From Casimicrobiaceae bacterium (GTDB lineage: Bacteria > Pseudomonadota > Gammaproteobacteria > Burkholderiales > Casimicrobiaceae): a stretch of DNA of 58,145 nucleotides. The notes under the pieces were generated by a model. The model was not told the origin of the DNA. It made no database searches and was given only the letters and a program-made list of their open reading frames with translations. Shown here one piece after another: positions 19,795 through 33,457 of the stretch (position 1 is its first letter; each line of letters begins with the position of its first letter). Position numbers and translations under genes: made by a program. Location of the stretch: positions 1-58,145 of the forward strand of contig DATKJP010000235.1 in assembly GCA_035543635.1 (NCBI GenBank), written 5' to 3'.

Positions 19795-19828
19795 CATACT
19801 GAACCTGTTTCGACCCGAGGAGAAAGGC

Positions 19829-20269
19829 ATGCTGTCCCAATCGATCGCATCTTCGCTTGCGGTGCTGTGCGCGGCCGGTCTCGCTCAGGCCGATACGCTG
19901 TCACTGGCCGACATCAAGGCACGCAATGGAACCCAGCTTTCGGAAGAGCAGCTGCAAAAGCTCATACCCGGGGCGAACGTCGTAAACCACGCCCCGAACG
20001 GAAGCACGCGCACATGGACGAACAAACCCGACGGCAGTCTTGTCGCCTCCACGGATTCGCGCGGCAGGAGCAGCACCGGCGGCACGCGCCCGCACTCGGC
20101 GGAGGGGTCCTGGAGGATCGAGAACGGGGCGTACTGCGTGAAAATGCAATGGCCCCTCGCGGAGGAGAAGTGGTGCCGACACCTGTACCAGGTCGGCGGC
20201 AAGTACTACGGCGTCGGCGCGCGAGCCGACGACACCGCTCCCGCGATGGAGCTCGAGTTCGGTAAGTAA
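19829..20269 (+). CDS. Small secreted protein of unknown function
   Basis: 146 aa with a signal peptide (SLAVLCAAGLAQA) and two Cys. There is an SD-like GAGGAGAAAGG upstream. Confidence 0.6.
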   Translation: MLSQSIASSLAVLCAAGLAQADTLSLADIKARNGTQLSEEQLQKLIPGANVVNHAPNGSTRTWTNKPDGSLVASTDSRGRSSTGGTRPHSAEGSWRIENGAYCVKMQWPLAEEKWCRHLYQVGGKYYGVGARADDTAPAMELEFGK

Positions 20270-20301
20270 CCTCTCGCCGCCGCGGATCGGCCCCTTGCGC
20301 G

Positions 20302-22371
20302 TTACGTCATCTTCGCAAGCAGCGGCACGATCATCAGCGCGACGATGTTGATGATCTTGATCAGCGGGTTCACCGCCGGGCCCGCAGTGTCCTTGTAGGG
20401 ATCGCCCACGGTGTCGCCGGTGACCGCGGCCTTGTGCGCGTCCGAGCCCTTGCCGCCGTAATTCCCGTCCTCGATGTATTTCTTGGCGTTGTCCCAGGCG
20501 CCCCCGCCCGTGGTCATCGAGATCGCGACGAAGAGCCCGGTGACGATCGTGCCCATCAGCAGACCGCCGAGCGCCTTCGGACCGAGGATGACGCCGACGA
20601 CGACGGGAACCAGCACCGGCAGCAGCGAGGGCACGATCATCTCCTTGATCGCAGCCTTCGTCAGCATGTCGACCGCGGCGCCGTACTCGGGCTTTGCCGT
20701 GCCTTCCATGATGCCCTTGATGTCCTTGAACTGGCGCCGCACTTCGAGTACCACCGATCCGGCCGCGCGGCCGACCGCTTCCATCGCCATGGCGCCGAAG
20801 AGATACGGGATCAGTCCGCCGAGGAACAAGCCGATGATCACCATGCGGTCGGAGAGATCGAAAGACACGCTGATGCCCGACGTGTCGAGCGCGTGCGTAT
20901 AGTCCGCGAAGAGCACGAGGGCGGCGAGTCCTGCCGATCCGATCGCGTAGCCCTTGGTCACCGCCTTCGTCGTATTGCCCACCGCGTCGAGCGGGTCGGT
21001 GATCGCGCGTACCGACTCCGGCAGCTGAGCCATCTCGGCGATGCCCCCCGCGTTGTCGGTGATCGGACCATACGCGTCGAGCGCGACGATGATGCCGGTC
21101 ATCGACAGCATCGCGGTCGCGGCAATGGCGATGCCGTACAGCCCCGCGAGCCAGTAGGAGAAGAAGATCGATGCGCAAACCGCGATCACCGGCAGCGCGG
21201 TTGCTTTCATCGAGACGCCGAGCCCCGCGATGATGTTGGTTGCGTGACCGGTCGTGGAGGCTTGCGCGACATGGCGCACCGGGCTGTACTCGGTTGCGGT
21301 GTAGTACTCGGTGATGACGACCATCGCCGCGGTGAGAACGAGCCCGATCGCGCCGGCACCCCAGAGCTTCCACACCGTGAGCTCCGGATGCGTTTCGGTC
21401 ATCCCGCCCATCATCGAGTACGTAATGAACCAGAAGCCGATCGCGGAAAGAACGCCCGCGACGATCAGGCCGCGATAGAGCGCGTTCATGATCTTGCCGC
21501 CGGGGGTTGCCTTGACGAAAAACGTTCCCACGATGGACGCGACGATCGAGAATCCGCCGAGCGCGAGAGGGTAGGTCACCGCCGCGACTGCGTTATCGGC
21601 AAGCAGCAGCGCGCCAAGCAGCATGGTGGCGATGATCGTCACCGCGTAGGTCTCGAAGAGGTCCGCCGCCATGCCGGCGCAATCGCCAACGTTGTCGCCG
21701 ACGTTATCCGCGATCACCGCCGGATTGCGCGGATCGTCTTCCGGAATGCCTGCCTCGACCTTGCCGACGAGATCGGCGCCCACATCCGCGCCCTTGGTGA
21801 AGATGCCACCGCCAAGACGCGCGAAGATCGAGATGAGCGAGCCGCCGAAGGCCAATCCGACGAGCGGCTGTATCACGCTGTGCAAGCCTTCCCTGCCCGG
21901 GTTCGGGACGTACGATGCCGTTTGCGTGAGAAAGAGGTAGAAACCGGCCACACCGATAAGGCCGAGGCCAACGACGAGCAGTCCCGTGATCGCGCCGCCG
22001 CGAAAGGCGATCGCAAGCGCTTCGTTCAAGCCGGTGCGCGCCGCTTCCGCCGTGCGCACGTTGGAACGCACCGACACGTTCATGCCGATGTAGCCTGCCG
22101 CACCAGAGAGCAGCGCGCCAATAGCGAATCCGCCCGCGGTCCTCCAGCCGATCGGCGACGCGCCGATGATAAAGAACAGGATCACGCCGACGAAGGCGAT
22201 GGTCGTGTATTGCCGGTTGAGATAAGCCTTCGCGCCCTGCTGCACGGCGGCGGCGATCTCCTGCATTCTTTCGCTGCCGGCGGGTTTGGCGAGGATCCAG
22301 CCGATCGACCAGAACCCGTACACCAATGCGGCGATCGCGCAGACGAGCGCGAAGTAAACGGCGTAAGACAT
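20302..22371 (-). CDS. hppA: K+-insensitive H+-translocating membrane pyrophosphatase
   Basis: 689 aa and polytopic. Conserved motifs are [25 protein letters not shown] and [10 protein letters not shown]. The Lys in GNTTKA is the published marker of K+-independent enzymes. Confidence 0.95.
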   Translation of the reverse strand: MSYAVYFALVCAIAALVYGFWSIGWILAKPAGSERMQEIAAAVQQGAKAYLNRQYTTIAFVGVILFFIIGASPIGWRTAGGFAIGALLSGAAGYIGMNVSVRSNVRTAEAARTGLNEALAIAFRGGAITGLLVVGLGLIGVAGFYLFLTQTASYVPNPGREGLHSVIQPLVGLAFGGSLISIFARLGGGIFTKGADVGADLVGKVEAGIPEDDPRNPAVIADNVGDNVGDCAGMAADLFETYAVTIIATMLLGALLLADNAVAAVTYPLALGGFSIVASIVGTFFVKATPGGKIMNALYRGLIVAGVLSAIGFWFITYSMMGGMTETHPELTVWKLWGAGAIGLVLTAAMVVITEYYTATEYSPVRHVAQASTTGHATNIIAGLGVSMKATALPVIAVCASIFFSYWLAGLYGIAIAATAMLSMTGIIVALDAYGPITDNAGGIAEMAQLPESVRAITDPLDAVGNTTKAVTKGYAIGSAGLAALVLFADYTHALDTSGISVSFDLSDRMVIIGLFLGGLIPYLFGAMAMEAVGRAAGSVVLEVRRQFKDIKGIMEGTAKPEYGAAVDMLTKAAIKEMIVPSLLPVLVPVVVGVILGPKALGGLLMGTIVTGLFVAISMTTGGGAWDNAKKYIEDGNYGGKGSDAHKAAVTGDTVGDPYKDTAGPAVNPLIKIINIVALMIVPLLAKMT

Positions 22372-22459
22372 GGCTCCCTCCCCCGGAAAAACGCGCTATT
22401 TTGCCAGCGCCGGGTACTCCAAGTCGAGCCGAATCTCGGTTTGCCGGCTCGGGCAGCTG

Positions 22460-22977
22460 CTATTTCTTGGTCGTGGCCAGCTCCCTCAAGTTGACCTTCA
22501 CGCCGTTGGCGGTGACCAGGTCGCCCGGCTTCATGTCGGCCGGGCAAGGGCCGGTCCACTTCGCTTCCTGGATCGTCGTCGTTTCGCTCTTTCCGAGGAA
22601 CGGTGGATCGTATTTCGCCTTGATTTCGGTTCGATACGCGCTGTTGCCCGTGTAGCGGATCGTCGAGTGGCTCGTCTGCTGCGAAGTGCCGATCTTGCAC
22701 ACGGTGTCGATCGTCGCGGTGCTCCCGCTGACGCTCAAGTCGCGCTTCGAGCAAAGCTGCTCCGTCATGCCCAAGCCGAAGCGCATCAGCTCGAGATCGG
22801 TCGCTGCATCGATGCAGACCTTGTTTGTCGTCGCTGCCCGCTGGCCCTCAGCCGAGGTGATGGTCATCTCCCAAAGCCCGGGCTTGCGCTTCGGCAGATC
22901 CTCGAGCGATGCGCCAAATGCGAGCGAGCTGGCGAGCGCCGAGGCGATGAAGAGAACGATGCGACGCGAAAGCATAG

Positions 22978-22981
<4 letters not shown>
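22460..22981 (-). CDS. DUF3617-like secreted protein
   Basis: This is the C-terminal 173 aa of a 442-aa track ORF. It has a signal peptide, then KPGLWEMT and conserved Cys positions typical of DUF3617. Its ATG overlaps the pfp stop (ATGA at 22978-22981). Confidence 0.75.
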
Positions 22982-24950
<1,969 letters not shown>

Positions 24951-25718
24951 TCAAACCTTGCCCGCGGCGTAGATCAAGCGCACGCGCTCGAGGTCCTCCT
25001 GCGTGTCGACCCCGGGCGCCGGTGTCCCCGCGGTGATCTTCACCGCGATGCGATAGCCATGCCATAACGCTCGCAGTTGCTCGAGGGCCTCGAAGCGCTC
25101 GATCGGCGCCGGCGTCAGCGACGGATAATGGCGCAGGAAACCGACGCGATACGCGTACAACCCGTAATGGCGGTAGAGCGGGAGCCCGAGCGGAAGCTTC
25201 TCGCGTCCCGCGGCGAAAGCGTCGCGCGCCCAGGGAATCGTCGCGCGGCTGAAGTATAGAGCGTAGCCCGCGCGATCGAGCACGACCTTAACGACATTGG
25301 GAGTGAACGCCTCCTGCGGGTCGTCGATCAGGCGGCAGGCAGTTGCGATCGACGCGTCGGCGTGCGCGCGCAGCTCTTCGGCGACCTCGCGAATCAGCGC
25401 CGGCTCGAGCAGCGGCTCGTCGCCCTGCACGTTGACCACGATGGCGCGGTCCTGGAGCTTGAGTTGCGCCGCCGCCTCGGCGAGACGATCGGTGCCCGTG
25501 GAATGATCGGAGCGCGTCAGAACCGCGTCGATGCCGTGTTCGAGTGCGGCGCTGCGAATGCGATCGTCGTCGGTGGCGATCACCACGCGCTCGGCGCCGC
25601 TCGAGCGCGCGCGCTCGGCGACGCGCACGACCATCGGCTTGCCGTGGATGTCGGAGAGAGGCTTGCCCGGCAGCCGTGTCGACGCGTAACGCGCCGGGAT
25701 GAGAACGGTGAAGCTCAC
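24951..25718 (-). CDS. kdsB: 3-deoxy-manno-octulosonate cytidylyltransferase (CMP-KDO synthetase)
   Basis: [15 protein letters not shown] and VNVQGDEP motifs. Its GTG start overlaps the ycaR-like stop (GTGA at 25715-25718). Confidence 0.95.
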   Translation of the reverse strand: MSFTVLIPARYASTRLPGKPLSDIHGKPMVVRVAERARSSGAERVVIATDDDRIRSAALEHGIDAVLTRSDHSTGTDRLAEAAAQLKLQDRAIVVNVQGDEPLLEPALIREVAEELRAHADASIATACRLIDDPQEAFTPNVVKVVLDRAGYALYFSRATIPWARDAFAAGREKLPLGLPLYRHYGLYAYRVGFLRHYPSLTPAPIERFEALEQLRALWHGYRIAVKITAGTPAPGVDTQEDLERVRLIYAAGKV

Positions 25719-25894
25719 TCGTACTCGGAGGGCTCGAGCTTGCGCGCTTCCTCTTCGAGCATCACCGGGATACCGTCGCGGATCGGATAGGCGAGCCGCG
25801 CCGACTTCGAGATCAGCTCCTGCCGCTGCCGATCGTAGACGAGCGGGCCCTTGGTCACCGGGCAGACGAGGATCTCAAGCAGCTTGGCGTCCAC
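25715..25894 (-). CDS. Trm112/YcaR (UPF0434) family small protein
   Basis: 59 aa starting at a GTG preceded by AGGA. Characteristic [13 protein letters not shown]......EL.....[17 protein letters not shown]. Confidence 0.8.
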   Translation of the reverse strand: MDAKLLEILVCPVTKGPLVYDRQRQELISKSARLAYPIRDGIPVMLEEEARKLEPSEYE

Positions 25895-26885
25895 GGAGTT
25901 TCCTTTCGACGCGGTCGACGAGCGCGGGATCGATGCGTGCCCGGATGGGCAGGTACCAGCAGCGCGCATCGGCGAATGCCCTGCATTTTACCGCATCCTT
26001 CTCGGTCATCAGGATGGCGTCTGCGCCGGCGAAAGCAATTTCTTCAGGGCGGTAACGATGGTGGTCGGGGAAGATGTGAAAGACCGGACCGATGCCCAGA
26101 CGGCGGACGAGATCGAAGAAGCGCTGCGGGTTGGCGATGCCGGCGATCGCGTGCGCGCTGCGCCAGCGCGAAGCGTCGGCCACTGCGCTGGTTTCGACAA
26201 GGTTATGCCACGCCAGCGGCTCGTGCCACATAGTCGTCTCGCGGCCGTCTTCCCCAGCAGCGTCGGATGCCGACGGCACCAGCCTCACGACCGCATCGAC
26301 TTCGCTCAAGCGCGAACTCGGCTCCCGCAGCGGTCCTGCGGGAAGCAAATGTCCATTGCCGAGTCGGCGGGCGCCGTCGATTGCGGCGATCTCGAAGTCG
26401 CGCGCGAGCGCGTAGTGCTGCAGTCCATCGTCGCTCAAGACCACGTTGCATTCGGGATTCGCTCTGAGGAGCGATTGCGCGGCGGCGACACGATCATGCC
26501 CTATCCACACCGGAAAGCCGGCCGCGGCGAGCAGCAGGGGCTCATCTCCGACCTGCGCCGGATCGTCACCGACCGTGACTGCGCGGGGGCCCACATCGTC
26601 GCCGCCATAGCCGCGGCTCACCATGCCGGGCCGCCAGCCGCGGTCCGCAAGCGCTTCGGCCAGCGCGCGCGTGAGCGGCGTCTTTCCAGCCCCGCCAACA
26701 GTGATGCTGCCGACGACGATCACCGCGACGGGCAACGTAACTCTGGGCGCGAACCGTGTCCGATAGGTGAAGCGCCGAACGGCGACGACGGCGCGGAAGA
26801 GCAGTGACAGCGGAAGAAGCGCGGCGGTGAGCGGCGTCAGCCGCGGCGCATACCAGGCGGCGACAAACTGCTCGGCCAGCCTCAC
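25875..26885 (-). CDS. lpxK: Tetraacyldisaccharide 4'-kinase
   Basis: P-loop [13 protein letters not shown], 336 aa. Its GTG start overlaps the exbD stop (GTGA at 26882-26885). Confidence 0.9.
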   Translation of the reverse strand: MRLAEQFVAAWYAPRLTPLTAALLPLSLLFRAVVAVRRFTYRTRFAPRVTLPVAVIVVGSITVGGAGKTPLTRALAEALADRGWRPGMVSRGYGGDDVGPRAVTVGDDPAQVGDEPLLLAAAGFPVWIGHDRVAAAQSLLRANPECNVVLSDDGLQHYALARDFEIAAIDGARRLGNGHLLPAGPLREPSSRLSEVDAVVRLVPSASDAAGEDGRETTMWHEPLAWHNLVETSAVADASRWRSAHAIAGIANPQRFFDLVRRLGIGPVFHIFPDHHRYRPEEIAFAGADAILMTEKDAVKCRAFADARCWYLPIRARIDPALVDRVERKLRGRQAA

Positions 26886-27301
26886 TTGACCGGCGTTTGG
26901 GTCGCGAAGGTGATGTGAACCATTCCCGCCTGACGCGCCGCTTCCATCACGTGGATGACCGACTGATGAGTCGCGTTCGCATCGGCGTTGATCACGACCA
27001 CGGGTTCCTTGGCATCGCCAGCGGCGGCTTTCAGCGCGTCGGCGAGCGCGCCCACGGTGGTGAACTGGAAGAGTTTCTTGTCGATGACGTAGCGCCCCTG
27101 CGTGTCGACGCCCACGTTGATTTCCTTCGGCCGCTGTTGCATCGGATCAGCGCTCGCTTCGGGAAGCGTGATCTGCAGCTCTGCGACGCGCTGATAGGTG
27201 GTCGTCACCATTAGAAAGATCAGGATGACGAGCAGCACGTCGATCAACGGGATGAAGTTGATCTCGGGCTCTTCGCGCGAGCGGCCGGCGCGCAGATTCA
27301 C
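26882..27301 (-). CDS. exbD: ExbD/TolR family biopolymer transport protein
   Basis: 139 aa with the N-terminal INFIPLIDVLLVILIFLMV TM helix typical of ExbD. Confidence 0.9.
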   Translation of the reverse strand: MNLRAGRSREEPEINFIPLIDVLLVILIFLMVTTTYQRVAELQITLPEASADPMQQRPKEINVGVDTQGRYVIDKKLFQFTTVGALADALKAAAGDAKEPVVVINADANATHQSVIHVMEAARQAGMVHITFATQTPVK

Positions 27302-27311
27302 GGTCTGGCCT

Positions 27312-27917
27312 CTACTTGCGCTCGCCGTGCGCCAGCTCGACGAGCTTGATCGCCTGTTGCTCCATCTCGAGCGTCAGGCTGTCGACCTTGGCGCGGAAAT
27401 GTCGGTAGAAGATCATGCTCGGGATCGCGACGATCAATCCGAACGCGGTGTTGTAGAGCGCGACCGAGATGCCGTGCGCGAGCTGGATCGGGTTCGATCC
27501 GGCGGCGGTCTGCGAGCCGAAGATCTCGATCATGCCGACCACCGTGCCGAACAGTCCCAGCAGCGGCGACATCGCCGCGATCGTGCCCAGCGTGGTCAGA
27601 AAGCGCTCGAGATCGTGCGCGACGATGTGCCCGACCTCCTCGATGGCCTCCTTCATCACCGGGCGCGGGCTCTTGACGTTGGCGAGCCCCGAAGCGAGCA
27701 CGCGCCCCAGCGGTCCGCTACGCGCTGTCTTCGTGAGCAGCTCGGGAGAAAGCCCCTTGTCCTTGAACTCGGCGAGAACCTTGTCGACCATCCCCGGCGG
27801 CGAGACCACGCTTTCCCGCAGCGACCAAAGACGCTCGAGGATCAGCGCCAGCGCAATTATCGAGGCGAATATAAGCGGCCAGATCGGCCAACCCGCTGCC
27901 TGTATGAGCGACCACAC
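27312..27917 (-). CDS. exbB: MotA/TolQ/ExbB proton-channel family protein
   Basis: 201 aa with three TM helices and the conserved LGLFGTVVGMI / AL.TTAFGL segments. Confidence 0.9.
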   Translation of the reverse strand: MWSLIQAAGWPIWPLIFASIIALALILERLWSLRESVVSPPGMVDKVLAEFKDKGLSPELLTKTARSGPLGRVLASGLANVKSPRPVMKEAIEEVGHIVAHDLERFLTTLGTIAAMSPLLGLFGTVVGMIEIFGSQTAAGSNPIQLAHGISVALYNTAFGLIVAIPSMIFYRHFRAKVDSLTLEMEQQAIKLVELAHGERK

Positions 27918-27994
27918 GGATCGATACCCCGCGAAAGCAAAGCACGCACTCTAGCTTGGCGGCTCGCGTTCGGCAAGAAGCGCCGAAGCAAACT

Positions 27995-28837
27995 TCATAC
28001 GCGGCGCCTGGCGAGATCGTAGTCGGCGAGCGTGGCCGTCACCGCGGCGCCGGCGAGCACGATGATCCAGGTGAGATAAATCCAGAGCAGGAACAGCGGC
28101 AGCGTGGCGAGCGCGCCGTAGATCTCCTGGTAGGTTGGGAAATGCCGGATGTAGAAGCGAAATCCAAACTTCGCCACTTCAAATACTATTGCGGCGAGCA
28201 ACCCGCCGGCGAGCGCGATGCGAAGCGGCACGCGCTGCGCCGGCACGTATCCGTACATGAAGGTGAAGACGGCCGTCTCGACGGCGAGAGCGACGGGTTG
28301 CAGAAACAGCGCCAGCGTCTCCGATTCGACTGGAATGAGTGCGACCGACTCGTCGATGAGCCAGGTCATGAAGTAAACCGCCGCGCCGATCGCCGCCGGT
28401 CCCGCGGTGAGCCCCAGCAGGATGATGAAGGTGCGCCGCGCGAGCGAACGCGGCGCACGCACGTCGTAGATGGCGTTGATCTCGCTCTCGACCTGCCATA
28501 CCAGCAAGAAGGCGGTCACGATCACGAACACGATCCCGATGCCCTTCAGGTCCGCCGTCTTGGCCACGAACTCGCTGAGATAGCGATGCACCACGGCGCC
28601 GCTCCCCGGCAAAAAGAAGCGAAGCAGAAAGGACTCAAGCGCGTCCTGAGTGCGCTCGAAGAGCGAAAAGCGCGCGATGTAGGCGAAAGCGACCGTGAAC
28701 AACGGTACCAGCCCCAGCAGCGTCGTGAATGCGAGGCTTGCGGCGGCGCGAAAGAGCCCCACCCCCGACAGATGCTCGAGAACGCGCCGCACGAACGAGA
28801 CGCACGCGGAGACGAAGGCAATCAGCCGGTCCAGCAT
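27995..28837 (-). CDS. YihY/BrkB (virulence factor BrkB) family membrane protein
   Basis: 280 aa and polytopic, with AASLAFTTLLGLVPL near the N-terminus and a W.YL.W.I.L.GA C-terminal segment. Confidence 0.85.
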   Translation of the reverse strand: MLDRLIAFVSACVSFVRRVLEHLSGVGLFRAAASLAFTTLLGLVPLFTVAFAYIARFSLFERTQDALESFLLRFFLPGSGAVVHRYLSEFVAKTADLKGIGIVFVIVTAFLLVWQVESEINAIYDVRAPRSLARRTFIILLGLTAGPAAIGAAVYFMTWLIDESVALIPVESETLALFLQPVALAVETAVFTFMYGYVPAQRVPLRIALAGGLLAAIVFEVAKFGFRFYIRHFPTYQEIYGALATLPLFLLWIYLTWIIVLAGAAVTATLADYDLARRRV

Positions 28838-29043
28838 GAGCTATGTCGCCCCATCAGAAGATCCGCCGTACGACCAGTCACGCCAGCGCGGCGAGGAATG
28901 CGGTGCAGGGCCCGACGTGCTCGTTGAAATAGTCGAAGAACTTGCCTTCGCGCGGCAGCAGGCTCGCCAAGTTTGCCTCCCCTTTGGAATCTCCGAATCG
29001 GCCCCAATTCAGAGCTTCCCCGGCCGATTATATAATTGCGACG

Positions 29044-29595
29044 ATGAGCGAGACCGCTTCCGCGACACAGGCCGCCGTGCTCGGCGGTGGCTGCTTCTGG
29101 TGCCTTGAGGCGGTGTTCGACCGCCTGCGCGGCGTGCAATCGGTCGAGTCCGGGTACGCGGGCGGACATACGGTGGACCCGAGCTACCGGGAAGTGTGCG
29201 ACGGCGACACGGGTCATGCCGAGGTTGTGCGCATCAGCTTCGACCCGGCTGTGGTTTCGTTTCGCGATTTGCTCAGGGTCTTCTTCGCCATCCACGATCC
29301 GACGACCAAGGACCGCCAGGGCAACGACGTCGGCACGCAATACCGCTCGGTGATTTTCGCCCAGACGCCCGAGCAGCGCGCCGACGCCGACGCGGTGATC
29401 GCGGAGATTGGCGCGGCGAAGCTCTGGCCCGATCCGATCGTCACCGAGATCGCGGGTGCCGTGCCGTTCTATCCCGCGGAGGGCTATCACCAGGACTACT
29501 TCGAGCGCAACTCTTCGCAGCCCTACTGCCAGTTCGTGGTTGCGCCGAAGGTGGCGAAGTTCCGAAAGGAATTCGTCGATCGCCTCAAGCGCTAG
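29044..29595 (+). CDS. msrA: Peptide-methionine (S)-S-oxide reductase
   Basis: GGGCFWC catalytic motif and GHAEVV / DPTT..RQG.D.G.QYRS segments. Start chosen at MSETAS. The 3' end overlaps the convergent MFS gene by 11 nt. Confidence 0.9.
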   Translation: MSETASATQAAVLGGGCFWCLEAVFDRLRGVQSVESGYAGGHTVDPSYREVCDGDTGHAEVVRISFDPAVVSFRDLLRVFFAIHDPTTKDRQGNDVGTQYRSVIFAQTPEQRADADAVIAEIGAAKLWPDPIVTEIAGAVPFYPAEGYHQDYFERNSSQPYCQFVVAPKVAKFRKEFVDRLKR

Positions 29596-30754
29596 TCGCG
29601 CGACGCCCCCGGGCGATGAAACCGCCTCCCGCGAGCGAGGCGCCGACCAGCCAGAACACCGGCCCGATGCCGAGCGAGGATCCGATAGCGCCGAAGAGCA
29701 GCGGCACCGCGAATGTCGAGGCATTGATGATCGACATGCGTACCCCGACCGCTTCGCCCATGCGCCCAGCCGGCGCGAGCCCGTGCAGCAGCGACATCAC
29801 CATCGGCTGCCCGCTGCCGAGCGCGAGCCCAAGCACGAAGGAGAGCGTCATCAGAACGCCCACGCTGGCGACGAACGGGAACAGCGCGTAGGCCACTCCG
29901 CCGAGGAAGAGCGCTGCGGTCAGCACCTCGAACTCCGAGAAGCGTCGTGCGATCCAAGGCATGACGAGGCGAACCGCGAAGGTTGCTGCGGCGAACGCCG
30001 CCAGAATCACGCCGATGCGCGACGCTGACAATCCGAGTCTCGCGCCGTAGATCGGAATGAAAAACGTGTGCAGGTCCCACGCGACCGCAGTGATGCCGTT
30101 GATCGCGTAGACCCTTCGCAGCCGGCGATTGCGGAAAAGCTCGGCAACGCCGCCGGAACTCGCGCGCTCATGCTGAGGATGAGGAGGCGGCAGCGCGAGT
30201 TGCCCTCGGGCTAGCACCAGGACAGGAACGAGCGGAAGCAGCGCCAGCATGATGAACGTCTGCCTGAAGTCGGCGTGATCGATCAGCAGACCGGTGCTGA
30301 GCGGCCCCGCGAAGCCCGAGATCGAGTAGCCCAGCGCGAGCAAGCTGAAGTTCTTCGCACGCTCGGAAGGCGGCCCGAGCGCGCCGGTCGCGTTCTGCGC
30401 CGCGACCTGGAAGAGCATGAACGAAACGCCGATCAGCGTGGTAGTCACGAACAGCACGGGCAGCCCCGGGAAAGCCCAGGGCAGCGCAGTGCCGATCGCG
30501 ACACCGAACGATCCGATGGCGAGCGGCCGCCGCACCCCGATGCGGTCCGAGAGTCGGCCGGCGGACACGGCGAGCCACATCGGAAGAAACGAATAAAGCC
30601 CCATCAGCGTGCCGACCACGAACGGCGACTGCGTCAGCGAGAGGGCGTAGAGCGAAACGGTCACGCGGCTGCCCGTCAGAACGATATGGTTGAGAATACC
30701 CAGCGCAATGAGCGCCGGCAGCGTGCGCGGCGCGCGCTGCGGCTCGACGCTCAC
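29585..30754 (-). CDS. MFS transporter
   Basis: About 12 hydrophobic helices and an MFS loop motif ([13 protein letters not shown]). Start placed at the GTG that overlaps the pdxH stop (GTGA at 30751-30754). The longer track ORF would overlap pdxH by 240 nt. Confidence 0.75.
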   Translation of the reverse strand: MSVEPQRAPRTLPALIALGILNHIVLTGSRVTVSLYALSLTQSPFVVGTLMGLYSFLPMWLAVSAGRLSDRIGVRRPLAIGSFGVAIGTALPWAFPGLPVLFVTTTLIGVSFMLFQVAAQNATGALGPPSERAKNFSLLALGYSISGFAGPLSTGLLIDHADFRQTFIMLALLPLVPVLVLARGQLALPPPHPQHERASSGGVAELFRNRRLRRVYAINGITAVAWDLHTFFIPIYGARLGLSASRIGVILAAFAAATFAVRLVMPWIARRFSEFEVLTAALFLGGVAYALFPFVASVGVLMTLSFVLGLALGSGQPMVMSLLHGLAPAGRMGEAVGVRMSIINASTFAVPLLFGAIGSSLGIGPVFWLVGASLAGGGFIARGRRATSA

Positions 30755-31392
30755 GGCGCGAGCCGCTCGATGCGCCAGCGCGAGGCTTCGCTGCGATAGC
30801 GCAGCCGGTCGTGCAGGCGTGACGCACGGCCCTGCCAGAATTCGATCGCCTGCGGCGCTACACGGTATCCGCCCCAGTGCGGCGGGCGCGGCAGCGTTTC
30901 GCCCGCTGCGGCGAAGCGCTCGCGCACTGCGGCCAGCTCGCGCTCGAGCCATGCGCGATCCGCGATCACGCGGCTCTGGGGCGATGCCCACGCGCCGAGG
31001 CGCGCCTCGCGCGGACGGGTCGCAAAGTATCGATCCGACTCCTCAGCGGTGACCTTGCTTGCGACGCCTTCGATGCGGACCTGACGCTCCAGCTCGACCC
31101 AGTGAAAAAGAAGCGTCGCGGCGGGCTTCGCGGCTAGTTCGGTGCCCTTGCGGCTCTCGTAATTGGTGAAGAAGACAAAGCCGTGCGCGTCGACACCCTT
31201 GAGCAGAACGATGCGTGCGTCCGGATTCCCGCTCGCATCTACGGTCGCGAGCGTCATGGCGGTCGGCTCCGCCAGCTCGGCTTTGATCGCTTCGCCGAGC
31301 CAGCGCTCGAACTGCCGAATAGGATCGGGATCGACGTCCTTCTCGGTGAGTGCGGCTTTGGCGTACTCGCGGCGCAATTCGGCGATGTTCAC
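30751..31392 (-). CDS. pdxH: Pyridoxamine 5'-phosphate oxidase
   Basis: Conserved [19 protein letters not shown] and WGGY...P..IEFWQGR..RLHDR motifs. GTG start. Confidence 0.95.
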   Translation of the reverse strand: MNIAELRREYAKAALTEKDVDPDPIRQFERWLGEAIKAELAEPTAMTLATVDASGNPDARIVLLKGVDAHGFVFFTNYESRKGTELAAKPAATLLFHWVELERQVRIEGVASKVTAEESDRYFATRPREARLGAWASPQSRVIADRAWLERELAAVRERFAAAGETLPRPPHWGGYRVAPQAIEFWQGRASRLHDRLRYRSEASRWRIERLAP

Positions 31393-31529
31393 GGCGGGGA
31401 ACAGGGGCGAACACCGTCATTATCGACGATTCTGCCGCCGGCGCGCGAGCATCGCCAATGCGCTGCTGCTGCAGCCATTTCGTTATGCCCCGCGACAGGA
31501 TCAACGCGAGCGAGTGAACGACAGCGATC

Positions 31530-33251
31530 TCAGAGCGGGGTGCACATCACGACGCCCTCGAGCGCCCAGCCCTTGCTCTGCATGAGATTGACCACGGGCC
31601 AGCTCGTCGTGTAGCGATGATTAGGCGTGCCGCCAAGCCCCTGGTTGTAGAGCCGGAAGACAGGGCGCGTCGAGGGCTGACACTGCTGCATGTTGTCGGG
31701 CAGCGCGATGAAGAAGGCGTCAGCCTCGAAGGCCCAGAGGGGATTCTGCTGCAGCGTCGCGCATTCGGAGGAGAAGGCTGTGTAGAAATGCGTGTTCTCG
31801 CCGAGACCGGGCGTCCCGTAGAAGCGGCACACCGTGTCGAGATCGGGATCAGGTGCGGAATAGGTCGGGAACGAGCCACCGGTGCGCGTCCAGCCGCGAA
31901 TCGTCACGCCCGCGTCGAGGATCGCGATCTCGTTCGCGAACGAGGTCATGAAGTAGTGATCGAGCGAAGCGTTGTAATACTCGATCGCTTCGGCGCGCGG
32001 CGGCTCGCTGGCGCCGACCTGGAATTCGACGATCTGCGACTGCCCCGCGAAATCGACCCGGGCTGCCCAGACACCGGGAACGGCGCTCGAAGGCAGCGGG
32101 AAGGACCATTCCCAGTATGACGCGCTGTAGAAGTCGGAGTCGCTCGGCACGGTCGTCGTGGCGGCGAGTGTCCCCGTAGGCGTATAGACCGAAAAGGTTG
32201 TCGAGTTGGGGCGCAACTGATCCGTCAGGAACGCAGTGATGTAGACGGTCTGCCCAGGCTGGTAATACGAGCTGCGATTCTCGATTTCGGGCGCCGGGCA
32301 GGCGAGGAAGTCGACCGGTGCGTTGCCGGTCGTGACGAGATCGATCGCCGGCTCGTAGTACGGGCGCTGGTTGGCCCACCAGGAAAACGTGTTGAAGTCG
32401 TTGCAGGTTCCGGCGAAAGGATCGACCAGCTGACCGTTGGCGTCGTAGACCTCGAAATGCAGATGCGGGCCGGTGGAATCGCCGGAGCTGCCCATCACGC
32501 CGAGGAATTCGCCTACGTCAACCGAATCGCCCACGTTCTTCGTGGTAAGCGAGTACGCCTTCAGGTGGCCGTACCACGCCTCGGAGCCATCGCTGTGGTG
32601 CACGTACACGGCATTCCACGGGTTCATGTTCAGGCTGCAGCTGTGATCCGGCTGACCGTCTTCCTTCGCGACAATGACGCCTGGCGCCGCAGCGACGACG
32701 ATCGTCTCGTCGTTGTTCTGCTTGCGCTGCATGAACGGGTAGGACGTGATGTCGGTGCCTTGGTGGTTGTAGCCGTCGGGGGTGTCGTAGCTCCGCGTCC
32801 CGCACGCGTAGTCCAGCACTTGATTCGGGTAGTTGGGATCATGGTCGACGAATGCGATCACGTTGCGCGGGGCCGGTTCGGGGTGACCCGGCACCATCTG
32901 CAGCGGCCACTGGAACAGAACTGCAGGTAGGGACTTCGTCGGTGTGCGCTTCGTGACCACCGGCAGACGGCCTGAACGCTGCAACGCGTCGACGTTGCCA
33001 GAGATCAACGCCTTGATGCGCGCTCGCTCTTGCGGCGAAATCTCGTCGCTGGGCAGCGGAACGCGGCCACCTCGCACGCTCCCATAGACGCTCCCATAGC
33101 TCGCGTTCTGCGCGTGCGCCGTCAGCACGAGGCAAGCGGCGAGCATGGCGTGCGCGCAAAGGCTGCACAGTGAGCGCGCGAAGCGCCGCTTCCGCGACTT
33201 TGCATTCGCTGCTGCACACTCCACGCGCGCCTCCCTTTCCTGCCGCTCCAC
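31530..33251 (-). CDS. Secreted M23-family metallopeptidase with C-terminal repeat module
   Basis: M23 catalytic segments are HQGTDI ... GVMGSSGDSTGPHLHFEV. The C-terminus carries three copies of a [FY]Y[NG]...(D/T/N)H[FRY][YF][TM]T-like repeat. GTG start; the N-terminus is uncertain. Confidence 0.8.
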   Translation of the reverse strand: MERQEREARVECAAANAKSRKRRFARSLCSLCAHAMLAACLVLTAHAQNASYGSVYGSVRGGRVPLPSDEISPQERARIKALISGNVDALQRSGRLPVVTKRTPTKSLPAVLFQWPLQMVPGHPEPAPRNVIAFVDHDPNYPNQVLDYACGTRSYDTPDGYNHQGTDITSYPFMQRKQNNDETIVVAAAPGVIVAKEDGQPDHSCSLNMNPWNAVYVHHSDGSEAWYGHLKAYSLTTKNVGDSVDVGEFLGVMGSSGDSTGPHLHFEVYDANGQLVDPFAGTCNDFNTFSWWANQRPYYEPAIDLVTTGNAPVDFLACPAPEIENRSSYYQPGQTVYITAFLTDQLRPNSTTFSVYTPTGTLAATTTVPSDSDFYSASYWEWSFPLPSSAVPGVWAARVDFAGQSQIVEFQVGASEPPRAEAIEYYNASLDHYFMTSFANEIAILDAGVTIRGWTRTGGSFPTYSAPDPDLDTVCRFYGTPGLGENTHFYTAFSSECATLQQNPLWAFEADAFFIALPDNMQQCQPSTRPVFRLYNQGLGGTPNHRYTTSWPVVNLMQSKGWALEGVVMCTPL

Positions 33252-33457
33252 GACGGCTTGGGGATGCGACGCTCGGCGTGGATGGTTGCGACAGGTCGAG
33301 CAACGCTTGTGCCACGAGCGTTTTCACGCGATGGCACAGACACTTGCGTGTGGACCGCGGTGAATCACAGGGGGTCGCCGGCTGGTAATTTTTGCCGAGC
33401 CATGGAACGGCGACACGGTAAACCCTTCCGCGCGGCGCGAAGCGCGCGCGGCGCCGC

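Noticed and set aside
22386-22409. Hairpin GCGCT-N8-AGCGC followed (on the minus strand) by GTTTTTCC between the DUF3617 gene and hppA, considered as a terminator or attenuator.
   Set aside because: The stem is only 5 bp with a short interrupted U-tract. It is too weak to call and could at most give partial termination.
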